DNA of 62,107 nucleotides. Origin: Bacteroidota bacterium (GTDB lineage Bacteria > Bacteroidota > Bacteroidia > JABEUT01). The notes beneath the pieces are model-generated. The model did no database searches. It saw only the letters and a program-made list of their open reading frames with translations, and was not told the origin of the DNA. The stretch lies in contig JABDAL010000006.1 in NCBI GenBank assembly GCA_013289165.1, positions 171-62,277 on the forward strand, given 5' to 3'. The stretch's first letter is position 1. Every line of letters begins with the position of its first letter. Of the stretch, positions 9,150 to 19,254 are shown one piece after another. The position numbers and the translations under genes were made by a program.

Positions 9150-10475
9150 TTATTCTTCCCTCTCCTTAAACCTTATTCCCAGCGTTTCCAGCTCATCTAA
9201 TAGGGGCAGGTAAATTTCCTTTACTGTTGGGGTTTGAACGCCTGTCAATTTTATTTTCCCTTGCAGTATTAGCTTGGTAATTATTCCAACGGGTAAGCCA
9301 ACCGTTTTAGCCATAGCCGTGTAAATGGCATCTTCTCCTTTTACAACCAGCGATGAGAACAGTTTCTGTTTTTTCCCCTGTAGTTCATATTCAAACTGGT
9401 GCTGCATTATAATCATGTCAATATCTCCCTCTTTCAGCTTCCATTTGCTTTCTAAAAAAGCCTGTAGGAGTAGGGCAGGAGAGGCATTTTTCATTTTTAA
9501 CCGGGTGTCTCCAAATAATCCAAGCCATTCTAATTTTGACATAATATCTCCTTTCAGTGGTATTTCAAGGTATTGGCAGAGCCGTGTTCTTACGTCTGTT
9601 TTCCCCTGGGGAAGAAAAGACTCTACCAGTTCACAAATACTCAATTTTTCCGATTCGGGAACCATGTAGCTGTTATCTGTCATTCCCAATTGGACAAAGA
9701 TATTCCATGCCTCACAAAAGCCTTTTTTACGCAGAGTTCCTCTTAAAATGGTTGGTATGTCTTCCAAGCCATACACGGAACGATAGCTCAATGAATCGCG
9801 ATTAGCATAGCCTTCAAAATCGCCTAATCCTTCAAAGTGTATATTTTCAGTCCGGGTAAAAAGCTTTTGATAAGGAATAAAAGCATACCTGCCATTCTCC
9901 ATATATTTTACTGTTTCCTGCCCGGCTAATATTACATTTCGGGGGTTCCAGGTAAATTTATATCCCCAGGGGTTGTCATCCGATTCAGGAGCAATTAAGC
10001 CGCCTGTATATGATTTGTAGGCAAGTAATTTTCCGCCCGCAGATTTTATGCGTTCAATTATTCTCACTGCCGAAGCATGGTCAATACCGGGGTCTAGTCC
10101 CGCTTCATTCATTAAAATAATACCTGCTTTTTTTGCCCCATCATTCAGGTTCCTCATTTCAGGAGAAACGTAGGAGGCAGTAATCAAATTTTTTTTGAAT
10201 TTTACACACTGCACAGCAATAGCAGAATGCAGAAACGCAGGAAGCATGGAGATAACCAAATCAGCCCGTTCAATTTCCGCACGGGTTTTTGATTCATCAT
10301 GTGTATCTAATAAAACAGGTCGGGAACGGGAGCTTTTTTTTGTTTTTTGTAAGACTGATTCTATGGAAGTATCTGCAACAGTTATTTCATAATCATTCTC
10401 TGCTGCTGCCTTTAAAAGGTATTTGATTAAAGAGGAGGAAGAACGTCCTGCACCGAGGACAAGTACCTTTTTCAT
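9150..10475 (-). CDS. Saccharopine dehydrogenase family protein
   Basis: VLVLGAGRS Rossmann motif, TASYVS, EAGLDPGIDH, YKFTWNPR, NRDSL, MAKTVGLP. Confidence 0.92.
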   Translation of the reverse strand: MKKVLVLGAGRSSSSLIKYLLKAAAENDYEITVADTSIESVLQKTKKSSRSRPVLLDTHDESKTRAEIERADLVISMLPAFLHSAIAVQCVKFKKNLITASYVSPEMRNLNDGAKKAGIILMNEAGLDPGIDHASAVRIIERIKSAGGKLLAYKSYTGGLIAPESDDNPWGYKFTWNPRNVILAGQETVKYMENGRYAFIPYQKLFTRTENIHFEGLGDFEGYANRDSLSYRSVYGLEDIPTILRGTLRKKGFCEAWNIFVQLGMTDNSYMVPESEKLSICELVESFLPQGKTDVRTRLCQYLEIPLKGDIMSKLEWLGLFGDTRLKMKNASPALLLQAFLESKWKLKEGDIDMIIMQHQFEYELQGKKQKLFSSLVVKGEDAIYTAMAKTVGLPVGIITKLILQGKIKLTGVQTPTVKEIYLPLLDELETLGIRFKEREE

Positions 10476-11083
10476 TTAATGTTGCATTCCAATAGTTTTT
10501 CAATTCCTATATAGCCTTCTAATGTATCACCAATGGTTACAGGCCCAACGCCGGAAGGGGTCCCGGTATAAATTAAATCGCCCATTTTCAGAGTAATAAA
10601 TTTGGAAACATATTCAATAATTGTATCAAACTGATAAAGTAAATCACGTGTGTTCCCATCTTGCACAGTAGTTCCATTCAGGTCAAGATGAAAAGGAATG
10701 GTATTCATATTTACAAAGTCATCCTTAGGAATAAATTTACCAATAGCTGCCGAACCATCAAAAGATTTTGCCATTTCCCAGGGAAGGCCTTTTTTCTTGC
10801 ATTCTGCCTGTAAGTCGCGGGCAGTGAAGTCAATGCCTACTGTTATCTCATCAAAATATTTGTTAGCAAACTTTTTTTCAATGTTTTTTCCGTTGCGGTT
10901 TAGTTTCAATACAATTTCTATTTCGTGATGGATTTCTTTTGAAAAACTTGGATAAAAAAATGGGTCCCCGGGCCGTATAACAGCATTTTCTGCCTTCATA
11001 AAAAACACAGGATTCGTAGGGATTTCCGCCTTCATTTCTGTTACGTGCTTGGGATAGTTTTGCCCGATGCAGATTATTTTCAT
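10472..11083 (-). CDS. Fumarylacetoacetate hydrolase family protein
   Basis: KIICIGQNY, HHEIE, DFTARDLQ, AKSFDGS, GDLIYTGTP. Confidence 0.93.
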   Translation of the reverse strand: MKIICIGQNYPKHVTEMKAEIPTNPVFFMKAENAVIRPGDPFFYPSFSKEIHHEIEIVLKLNRNGKNIEKKFANKYFDEITVGIDFTARDLQAECKKKGLPWEMAKSFDGSAAIGKFIPKDDFVNMNTIPFHLDLNGTTVQDGNTRDLLYQFDTIIEYVSKFITLKMGDLIYTGTPSGVGPVTIGDTLEGYIGIEKLLECNIK

Positions 11084-11085
11084 TT

Positions 11086-12141
11086 CTATTTAGGATTTTT
11101 TGATTTTAGTCGTTGGTATGCTAGTTGAGCATCTTTAAAGTTAGGGTTGATTTTATAGGCATGATCATAATCAGCCAATGCCATCCTGGTTTGTTTAAGC
11201 ATTTCGTAGCAATTACCCTTGCCATAGTATGCCATATAATAAGCAGTGTCGCATGTAATAGCTTTACTAAAATAGTAGAGCGACTTATTGTAATCGGACA
11301 TGTTAACGTTATAGATAACCCCCAAATTGTAATAGGCATTTTTATAAGTGGAATCTATTTGCAATAATTCGGTGTACATTTTTATGGCATCCGTATCATC
11401 TCCGCCAAACTGATAGAAGAGCCCCTTATCGTAATAAGGCTCGGGGTTTTGAGGTCGGATATTTATAGCGTTATTATAGTAACTAAGTGCAATGGGATTG
11501 CCCTTGTGTGCGAATAATAATCCTAGTTGTATATAGGCATCAAAATAGTCAGAGTTTTGTTCGATAGCAGTTTGCATACTGGATATGGCTTTTGCCGTAT
11601 CATGTTTTTCAATATAGATCAAACCCTTCAAAAAATACTCCTTTACAATGTACTGATTTACCTGCATAGCCTGGTTAATTAGCTCAATAGCATCATCATA
11701 TTTTTTTACATAAAAATAAAGCTCTGCCAACTTCAGAATAGCATCCGTATTTTTGGGATTGAGCCGGATAGATATAGCAAAAGCATCTCTGGCCTCATGT
11801 GTGTGCCCGGTTAAAAATTCAATGTTGGCAAAGTCACAATAATACTCTGACTTGGTGCTATCTAATTGTACAGCTTTAGTTAAATCACCCATGGCAGCTG
11901 CGTAGCTTTTATTCAGCATCTCCAATTTGCCACGGTTCCAATAAGCATTGGCATCCGTTGGGTTTGAGGTAATGCGCCCGGTATAAAAATTTATCCTCGA
12001 TGCAATAGTATCTCCTCCTTTAGAAGCAGAGTCATCTGCCTGTACTTGTTGGTTAGACTTTACACTACTGGAATGACAGGCGCTAAACAGAAACCCGAAT
12101 ATAACAACTAGAACTAATAACCATCCGAACGATAGCCTCAT
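11086..12141 (-). CDS. Tetratricopeptide-repeat lipoprotein
   Basis: Lipobox FSAC and multiple TPR units (AYWNRG, AYIQLG, PYYDKG, AYYNLG, AYYGKG). Confidence 0.88.
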   Translation of the reverse strand: MRLSFGWLLVLVVIFGFLFSACHSSSVKSNQQVQADDSASKGGDTIASRINFYTGRITSNPTDANAYWNRGKLEMLNKSYAAAMGDLTKAVQLDSTKSEYYCDFANIEFLTGHTHEARDAFAISIRLNPKNTDAILKLAELYFYVKKYDDAIELINQAMQVNQYIVKEYFLKGLIYIEKHDTAKAISSMQTAIEQNSDYFDAYIQLGLLFAHKGNPIALSYYNNAINIRPQNPEPYYDKGLFYQFGGDDTDAIKMYTELLQIDSTYKNAYYNLGVIYNVNMSDYNKSLYYFSKAITCDTAYYMAYYGKGNCYEMLKQTRMALADYDHAYKINPNFKDAQLAYQRLKSKNPK

Positions 12142-13175
12142 GAAACTTTTACAGAAAGAGCTTCTTTTATTTTATTTTCTATTTCTTCTGCCAGTTCAGG
12201 ATTGTCATTAAAAAGTTGTTTTACCGCATCCCTGCCTTGGCCTAATCTAATATCCCCATAACTAAACCATGAGCCACTTTTTTTAATGATATTTTTCTCC
12301 ACACCGATATCAATTATTTCTCCTACTTTCGAAATACCTTCACCATACAAAATATCAAATTCAGCTATACCAAATGGAGGTGCTAATTTATTTTTAACCA
12401 CTTTAACCTTAGTACGGTTACCAATTACTTGCTCAGCTTCTTTCAATTGTCCTATCCTACGAATATCAAGACGAATGGAAGAATAAAATTTGAGCGCATT
12501 TCCCCCGGTCGTAGTTTCCGGGTTTCCAAACACTACCCCAATTTTTTCCCGTAACTGGTTAATGAATATGCAGCAGCATCTGGTCTTGTTAATAGTTCCC
12601 GTAAGTTTACGAAGTGCCTGTGACATGAGTCTTGCCTGCAAGCCCATTACAGAGTCTCCCATTTCTCCTTCAATTTCACTGCGGGGGGTAAGGGCTGCCA
12701 CCGAGTCAATCACAATAATATCTATAGCACCCGAACGGATAAGGTTATCTACTATTTCCAGTGCCTGCTCACCATTATCGGGCTGGGAAATTAAAAGGTT
12801 GGCTACATCTACACCCAATTTTTGAGCGTAGTTGAGGTCAAGAGCATGTTCAGCATCTACGATGGCGGCAATACCCCCTGCTCTTTGCACATTGGCAATA
12901 GCGTGAATGGCTAATGTTGTTTTTCCGGATGATTCAGGACCATATATTTCCACTACCCTGCCCTTAGGTAATCCACCAATGCCAAGGGCAATATCAAGTG
13001 TAAGCGAACCAGTAGGTATTACTTCAGGCACTTCAATAGGAGTATCACCCATTTTCATTACAGTACCTTTACCATAGGTCTTTTCTATCTTATCGAGCGT
13101 AAGCTGAAGCGCTTTCAGTTTTTCTTTGTTAACTTCTTTCAAGTCTTCTTTTTTCTTTTCTGCTACCTTTTCCAT
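12138..13175 (-). CDS. recA: Recombinase RecA
   Basis: [56 protein letters not shown]. Confidence 0.99.
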   Translation of the reverse strand: MEKVAEKKKEDLKEVNKEKLKALQLTLDKIEKTYGKGTVMKMGDTPIEVPEVIPTGSLTLDIALGIGGLPKGRVVEIYGPESSGKTTLAIHAIANVQRAGGIAAIVDAEHALDLNYAQKLGVDVANLLISQPDNGEQALEIVDNLIRSGAIDIIVIDSVAALTPRSEIEGEMGDSVMGLQARLMSQALRKLTGTINKTRCCCIFINQLREKIGVVFGNPETTTGGNALKFYSSIRLDIRRIGQLKEAEQVIGNRTKVKVVKNKLAPPFGIAEFDILYGEGISKVGEIIDIGVEKNIIKKSGSWFSYGDIRLGQGRDAVKQLFNDNPELAEEIENKIKEALSVKVS

Positions 13176-13316
13176 AAAATGGGGTATTAAATGTTGTTTT
13201 TATAATGAAGTGTAAAGATAAGGAATTATGAATTTATTAGCTCAGTATTTATTATCGACAAAATAATAAGGGTTTGTGGAAAACGTGCTTTTCATAGCTT
13301 TGCCTAAATATTTATT

Positions 13317-14036
13317 TTGACTAAGCTAAGTGTAAATATTAATAAGATAGCCCTTATTCGTAATTCACGCGGGGGCAAGTTGCCGGATGTTACAAAGGCA
13401 GCATTAGATATTGTTCGTTTTGGGGCAGAAGGTATTACTGTTCATCCCCGCCCGGACGAAAGACATATCCGCTATAAGGATGCATACACTTTAAAGCCTT
13501 TGCTCCCTGTAGAATTTAATATTGAAGGTTATCCCAATGATAAGTTTATGCAAATGGTAACAGAAGTAAAACCTGCCCAGGTTACCCTAGTGCCTGACCC
13601 GCCGGATGCACTTACTTCTAATGCCGGATGGAATACTATTAAGTATAAAGATTTTTTAAGGGAAGTTATTGGTGTTTTACATGCTTCCGGGATACGAGCT
13701 TCGGTGTTTATTGATACCGATTTGAAATTTATAGATGAAGTTGTTCATACGGGGACAGATAGAATAGAACTATATACCGAAGCCTATGCCAAAAACCATT
13801 CCTCGTCACCTGAAAAGGCTATAGAGCCATATCACAAAGCTGCTATTCGGGCAGATGAATTGGGGCTTGGGATAAATGCAGGCCACGATTTGAATTTAGA
13901 TAACCTTGCTTATTTCCACCATCACATTCCAAACCTGGCAGAGGTGTCCATAGGACATGCTCTTATATCAGATGCCTTGTATTTTGGATTAGAGAAAACA
14001 GTACAATTATATCTCCGGCAATTAGGAAAGGTATGA
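13317..14036 (+). CDS. pdxJ: Pyridoxine 5'-phosphate synthase
   Basis: LSVNINKIA, GITVHPRPDERHI, NIEG, RIELYT, NAGHDL, EVSIGHAL. TTG start with TAGCTTTG upstream. Confidence 0.96.
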   Translation: MTKLSVNINKIALIRNSRGGKLPDVTKAALDIVRFGAEGITVHPRPDERHIRYKDAYTLKPLLPVEFNIEGYPNDKFMQMVTEVKPAQVTLVPDPPDALTSNAGWNTIKYKDFLREVIGVLHASGIRASVFIDTDLKFIDEVVHTGTDRIELYTEAYAKNHSSSPEKAIEPYHKAAIRADELGLGINAGHDLNLDNLAYFHHHIPNLAEVSIGHALISDALYFGLEKTVQLYLRQLGKV

Positions 14037-14800
14037 AGCTATTCTTTCGTAAAATGGGTAGCGGCAAGCCCTTGTTTATCCTGCACGGTTTGTTTGGCTC
14101 GTCAGATAACTGGCAAACATTAGGGAAACGCTTTGCTGAAAATTATACCGTTTATTTTATTGACCAACGTAATCATGGCCGCTCACCACATAGCCCTGAA
14201 CATACTTATAAGGTAATGAGTGATGATTTGACAGAATTGATAGAAGATGAAAAGCTGGATAAAGTAATATTAATGGGGCATTCCATGGGCGGAAAAACGG
14301 CTATGTATTTTGCCGTTAACCACCCGGAGAAGGTTGATAAAATTGTGGTGGTGGATATAGGCCCCAAAGAATACCCGATAACGAATAAGGATATTTTAGA
14401 TGCAGTGGAGAAGGTTAAGCTGAAGGATGTAAATTCCCGTAAACAAGTAGAAGAAGTTATATCCCACGATATTAAGGACCCTCGTACTGTGCAGTTTATT
14501 CTTAAAAATCTGTATTGGGATGACAATCAAAAATTAACATGGCGATTTAATACAGAAGCATTAAAAAATGCCCTTGCTACTATTGCCGAAGCTACACCTA
14601 TTCCTGCAAAACCACTACAAATACCTGCCTTATTTATAAAAGGGGAACAGTCGGAATATGTTGCTCCAACAGATATGGAACTTATAAATCGGTTCTTTTC
14701 AAATGCCAGGCTGGTATCTATACCCCAATCAGGGCATTGGGTTCACGCCGATAATCCCGGGGAATTTTATAAGGTGGTAATGGAGTTTTTGAATCGATAA
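14033..14800 (+). CDS. Alpha/beta hydrolase (YbfF-like esterase)
   Basis: LHGLFGSSDNW, DQRNHGRS, GHSMGGK nucleophile elbow, GHWVHAD. Confidence 0.9.
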   Translation: MKLFFRKMGSGKPLFILHGLFGSSDNWQTLGKRFAENYTVYFIDQRNHGRSPHSPEHTYKVMSDDLTELIEDEKLDKVILMGHSMGGKTAMYFAVNHPEKVDKIVVVDIGPKEYPITNKDILDAVEKVKLKDVNSRKQVEEVISHDIKDPRTVQFILKNLYWDDNQKLTWRFNTEALKNALATIAEATPIPAKPLQIPALFIKGEQSEYVAPTDMELINRFFSNARLVSIPQSGHWVHADNPGEFYKVVMEFLNR

Positions 14801-14859
14801 GATGTAATACAAACTATTATTAGTCTGTAGTTATACAATTTTCTATTTTTGCATTCAAT

Positions 14860-15579
14860 ATGATAGTAGATATTTTTATCCCCTGTTTTGTTGACCAGCT
14901 CTACCCACAAACAGGCTTCAACATGGTTAAGGTGCTGGAGCGTGTGGGCTGCGATGTGAATTATAATCCAGAACAAACATGTTGTGGCCAGCCTGCCTTT
15001 AATGCCGGTTATTGGGATGATGCTAAAAAAGTAGGTGAAAAGTTTATTAAGGAGTTTCAGCATGACCGCTATGTGGTTTCACCCTCGGCATCATGCGTGG
15101 GAATGATAAAAAATTACTACCCGGAGATGTTTCATAACTCTGCTTTGCATAATGAATACAAGCAGCTTGCAAAGAATATTCATGAGTTCAGTGATTTCCT
15201 GGTAAATGTCCTTAAGATATCAGATGTTGGCGCAACTTTGGAAGGAGTTGCAACCTATCACGATTCTTGTGCAGCCTTGAGAGAATGTTCTATGAAAGAG
15301 GAACCCAGGACATTATTGAGCAAGGTTCGTAAGCTGGAACTAAAGGAAATGAAAGATACAGAAAGCTGTTGCGGTTTTGGCGGAACGTTCTCTGCCAAGT
15401 TTGAGCCTATTGCTGTCGGAATGGGTTCCGATAAAGTGAAAAATGCGATGGAAACGGGGGCACAATATCTTATTTCGACAGACCTTTCATGCTTATTGCA
15501 CCTGGATGCATACATTAAAAAACATAATATGAACTTAAAGCCCATGCATATTGCTGATGTGTTGGCAAGTGGCTGGTAA
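14860..15579 (+). CDS. (Fe-S)-binding CCG-domain protein (LutA/YkgE-like)
   Basis: QTCCGQP, SASC, YHDSC, CCGFGGTF, DLSCLLH. Confidence 0.9.
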   Translation: MIVDIFIPCFVDQLYPQTGFNMVKVLERVGCDVNYNPEQTCCGQPAFNAGYWDDAKKVGEKFIKEFQHDRYVVSPSASCVGMIKNYYPEMFHNSALHNEYKQLAKNIHEFSDFLVNVLKISDVGATLEGVATYHDSCAALRECSMKEEPRTLLSKVRKLELKEMKDTESCCGFGGTFSAKFEPIAVGMGSDKVKNAMETGAQYLISTDLSCLLHLDAYIKKHNMNLKPMHIADVLASGW

Positions 15580-15772
15580 ATCACTTTTATGTTAAATAAA
15601 AGGTGGAGTGGTATGTTAAATTTGTAAGTGGGTTAATAAGTTTTTGTCTTGATTTACAGTAGTAAGAAATTTATTTGTCCATCTTTTCTCCCGACACAAC
15701 AAAAATTTAACATTTCAAACGTCTTTAGGTAATAAAAAGTTTATACCTTAGTTCTCCAATTTCGTACGACCT

Positions 15773-15967
15773 ATGTTTGAAATGAGTAAAAAAATCCTGG
15801 AAAAAGTTAGCTTTGACAGGGCCTTGTTCAATAAAGAATTAATCAAGACGTTGAGATGGCTTAAGCCCGATGAAAAAATGCTTTTGAAAGTATGGTGCTT
15901 AACCAATTTCGGTCATGTATATAAAGATGTAATTATGGAGGCCTTCCGCCATGTTACAAAGATGTAG
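15773..15967 (+). CDS. Small conserved hypothetical protein
   Basis: 64 aa. Motif SKKILEKVSFDxxLFxKEL resembles a small Bacteroidota family. Occupies its own intergenic slot. Confidence 0.7.
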   Translation: MFEMSKKILEKVSFDRALFNKELIKTLRWLKPDEKMLLKVWCLTNFGHVYKDVIMEAFRHVTKM

Positions 15968-15976
15968 TTCCGGGAT

Positions 15977-16918
15977 TTAAGTAGATTTTTGTTTTCCGAT
16001 TAGGTTACTTTTAAGGTAGCTTAAGTTTCTTTTTATTCCATTAAACCCGGGCCGTTGTAAAGGCGAGTCTTTAAAAGCTTTTTTAAAAACCTCTTCGGTA
16101 ATTTCATCCCAATCTTCTTTTTTCATATTTAAGAGTTCAGCGGTAGGTTTCATTTCTTCTGAGGTGTGAGGATGTGAAAAACGGTTCCAGGGACATACGT
16201 CCTGGCAAACATCACAACCGAAAAGCCAACCATCAAGTTTACTCTGATATTCGACAGGCATAGATTCTTTTAGTTCTATGGTAAAATAAGAAATACACTT
16301 ACTGCCATCTACTATTTTAGGCCCCACTATTGCCTGCGTGGGGCAGGCATCCATACACCGTGTGCAGGTTCCACAATAGTCCTTTATAGGAGAATCAGCT
16401 TCCAATTCTATATCAACAATCAATTCAGCAAGGAAAAAGAATGAGCCATTTTTTGGGTGAATGAGCATGGAATTTTTTCCAATCCATCCCAAGCCACTTT
16501 TAGCTGCCCACGCCCTGTCGAGTATTGGAGCTGAATCAACAAAAGCCCTTCCATGTATTTCTCCTATCTGTTCGTTCAATGTATGCAGAAGCTCTCTCAG
16601 CTTGTCTTTAATTACAAAATGATAATCTTTGCCATAAGCATATTTAGAAATTTTAGGAGCAACCGGGTTTTGCTTTTCCGAAGGGTAATAATTCAACATA
16701 AGCGATATGACCGATTTAGCCCCGTCAACCAGTAGTCTTGGATCCAGTCGCTTATCAAAATAATTCTCCATATAGCGCATCTTGCCATGCATACCCATTT
16801 GCAACCATTTTTCCAGGTGACTTGCCTCATCTTGTAAAAATTCTGCTTTAGATATGCCACAAAAATCGAACCCCAGCTTTTTAGCCTCACGTTTCACTAT
16901 TTCCGAATAGGTCTCCAT
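15977..16918 (-). CDS. queG: tRNA epoxyqueuosine(34) reductase
   Basis: [54 protein letters not shown]. Confidence 0.96.
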   Translation of the reverse strand: METYSEIVKREAKKLGFDFCGISKAEFLQDEASHLEKWLQMGMHGKMRYMENYFDKRLDPRLLVDGAKSVISLMLNYYPSEKQNPVAPKISKYAYGKDYHFVIKDKLRELLHTLNEQIGEIHGRAFVDSAPILDRAWAAKSGLGWIGKNSMLIHPKNGSFFFLAELIVDIELEADSPIKDYCGTCTRCMDACPTQAIVGPKIVDGSKCISYFTIELKESMPVEYQSKLDGWLFGCDVCQDVCPWNRFSHPHTSEEMKPTAELLNMKKEDWDEITEEVFKKAFKDSPLQRPGFNGIKRNLSYLKSNLIGKQKST

Positions 16919-17033
16919 TGCGATAAAAGTATCAAATAAAATGCACTTTAGGTTTATAATTTGCTGGTAGTTGGTTAATTTACGACCTTTGCAGTGTTAT
17001 AAATAAGAATATCAGATAAACAAATAATAAGAT

Positions 17034-17567
17034 ATGAAATCGAAGACACCTAAAGAAAGTTATACTGTATCTACTCAAATAGTTCTTCCCAATGATACTA
17101 ACGTGCTTGGAAACCTAATGGGAGGGCGGCTTTTGCATTGGATGGATATTGTAGCTGCTATAGCAGCACACCGTCATTCGAGCCGGGTAGTTGTTACAGC
17201 TTCAGTTAACCACGTGTCATTTGAAAAGGCAATAAAACTGGGCGATTATGTAATTATTGAAGCTAAAGTTTCAAGGGCATTCAACACGAGTATGGAGGTA
17301 TTTATTGATGTGTTTGTAGAAGACAGCAATACAGGAAACAGATTAAAATCGAATGATGCCACGTATGTATTTGTGGCCGTTGACCAGCAAGGAAGGCCCA
17401 TTGAAATTCCTTCGCTTACTCCTGAAACAGAGTTAGAGAAGGAACGCTACGATACGGCACTTAAAAGAAAACAATTGAGTTTATTACTAGCCGGCAAGCT
17501 AAAGCCCGGAGACGCACCAGAATTAAGAGACATGTTCCTGGAGAAAACTCGCCTGAAGGAGCTTTAA
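17034..17567 (+). CDS. Acyl-CoA thioesterase (hotdog fold)
   Basis: VLPNDTNVLGNLMGG..WMD, VVTAS, TSMEV, FVAVD. Confidence 0.92.
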   Translation: MKSKTPKESYTVSTQIVLPNDTNVLGNLMGGRLLHWMDIVAAIAAHRHSSRVVVTASVNHVSFEKAIKLGDYVIIEAKVSRAFNTSMEVFIDVFVEDSNTGNRLKSNDATYVFVAVDQQGRPIEIPSLTPETELEKERYDTALKRKQLSLLLAGKLKPGDAPELRDMFLEKTRLKEL

Positions 17568-17579
17568 ACCCAAAGGGAA

Positions 17580-18140
17580 ATGGCATTAAAAATATACACC
17601 AAAACGGGGGATAAAGGACAGACAGGTCTTTTGGGAGGCACCCGTGTGCCCAAGCACCATATACGTATTGAAGCATACGGAACAGTAGATGAACTTAATT
17701 CATGGATTGGATTATTAAGGGATTCCATAAGTGATGAGCATGTGAAATCTATATTGGTAGAAACCCAGGACAGACTATTCACTATTGGCTCCTCATTGGC
17801 ATCGGACCCCGAAAAATCAAAAGTGAAAATACCCCATTTGAGTGAAGAAGACATCACCCTTTTCGAAAAGGAAATAGATGCTATGGATGTTATTTTACCA
17901 CCCATGAAAAATTTTGTGTTGCCCGGGGGGCATGAAACAGTATCCAAATGCCATATTGTACGTTGCGTATGTCGCAGGGCAGAGAGAAGAGTGAACCATT
18001 TAGCTGAAAGTGAACCTGTGGATGAGATAGTGATAAAGTACCTTAACCGCCTTTCTGATTACCTTTTTATGCTTTCCCGCAAACTCGCGCATGACCTTAA
18101 TGCCCCAGAAATTCCCTGGAAACCTAAAATAAAAGAGTAA
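17580..18140 (+). CDS. PduO-type ATP:cob(I)alamin adenosyltransferase
   Basis: KIYTKTGDKG, YGTVDELNS, FVLPGG, RRAER, YLNRLSDYLF. Confidence 0.95.
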   Translation: MALKIYTKTGDKGQTGLLGGTRVPKHHIRIEAYGTVDELNSWIGLLRDSISDEHVKSILVETQDRLFTIGSSLASDPEKSKVKIPHLSEEDITLFEKEIDAMDVILPPMKNFVLPGGHETVSKCHIVRCVCRRAERRVNHLAESEPVDEIVIKYLNRLSDYLFMLSRKLAHDLNAPEIPWKPKIKE

Positions 18141-18211
18141 AGGAGTGCTTACAACCTTTGTGGTTTAATATTCCCCATTCCCGCCTATCTTTGTACTCTA
18201 ATCATCTGACT

Positions 18212-19180
18212 ATGATCTACCGTCCGCGCCGATTGAGAAAAAATCCTATTGTAAGGGATATGACCGCCGAAGTACGCTTTCACCCCGATATGCTTATTTA
18301 TCCGCATTTCGTAGAGAAAGGGAAAAATATAAAAGAGCCTATAAGCTCTATGCCGGGCATTCATCATTTTTCTCCCGATACCTTGATAAAGGATGTTGAG
18401 AAAGGATTGAAAAATGGAATAAACAAAATCTTATTATTTGGCAGCGGGGAAGAAAAAACCCCTGAAGGAAAATCGGCATATACAAAAGATACTGTCGTGG
18501 CACAAGCTATAAAATTGCTGAAGAAAAACTTTAAGGAAGATATTTACATCATTACCGATGTATGCCTTTGTGCATATACCGACGATGGCCATTGTGGCAT
18601 TATACACGATGGTTATGTTGAAAATGATGTGTCAGTAGAAGCGATTGCTAAGATGGCGCTCACCCATGCGCAAGCAGGAGCCGATATGGTGGCTCCTTCT
18701 GACATGATGGATGGCAGGGTAGGGAGTATACGTGAAATACTGGATAAAAATAAGTTGGAGAATACGGCTATTATGGCATATTCCATCAAGTTTGCCTCGG
18801 CATATTATGGTCCATTTCGTGAGGCGGCTGATTCTGCACCACAGTTTGGGGACCGCAAATCATACCAAATGGATTTCCGCAATCCCAATGAAGCTATGCG
18901 GGAAGCCTTTCTGGATGAAACCGAAGGAGCCGATGTGCTGATGGTGAAACCTGCACTTGCCTACCTGGATATTGTGAACCGCTTGCGGGCAAACACCCAG
19001 CTTCCGCTGGCATGTTATAATGTTTCGGGCGAATATTCCATGGTGAAAGCTGCTGCTGCTAAAGGCTGGCTTGATGAGCGTAGCATAGTGATGGAAAATA
19101 TGTATGCTTTTGCCAGGGCAGGATGCGGATTGATTATTACCTATCACGCCAGGGATATTGTGGAGAAAGGATGGACCTAG
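18212..19180 (+). CDS. hemB: Porphobilinogen synthase
   Basis: RPRRLR, DVCLCAYTDDGHCG zinc site, SDMMDGR, YGPFREAA, VKPAL, YNVSGEY. Start taken as ATG 18212 after TATCTTTG (18186-18193). Confidence 0.96.
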   Translation: MIYRPRRLRKNPIVRDMTAEVRFHPDMLIYPHFVEKGKNIKEPISSMPGIHHFSPDTLIKDVEKGLKNGINKILLFGSGEEKTPEGKSAYTKDTVVAQAIKLLKKNFKEDIYIITDVCLCAYTDDGHCGIIHDGYVENDVSVEAIAKMALTHAQAGADMVAPSDMMDGRVGSIREILDKNKLENTAIMAYSIKFASAYYGPFREAADSAPQFGDRKSYQMDFRNPNEAMREAFLDETEGADVLMVKPALAYLDIVNRLRANTQLPLACYNVSGEYSMVKAAAAKGWLDERSIVMENMYAFARAGCGLIITYHARDIVEKGWT

Positions 19181-19240
19181 TTCATCAAGTTCAAAAGTTT
19201 ATAAAGTAATTACACATGACTTTTTTACTTTGCAAGCTTT
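19179..19240. repeat. Degenerate 8-9-mer AAGTT repeats followed by loosely complementary (A)CTTT repeats
   Basis: agttcatca-agttcaaa-agtttataa-agt followed by tgactttt-ttactttg-caagcttt in the hemB-recG gap. Confidence 0.4.
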
Positions 19241-19254
19241 CTATTTCTTTTTAA

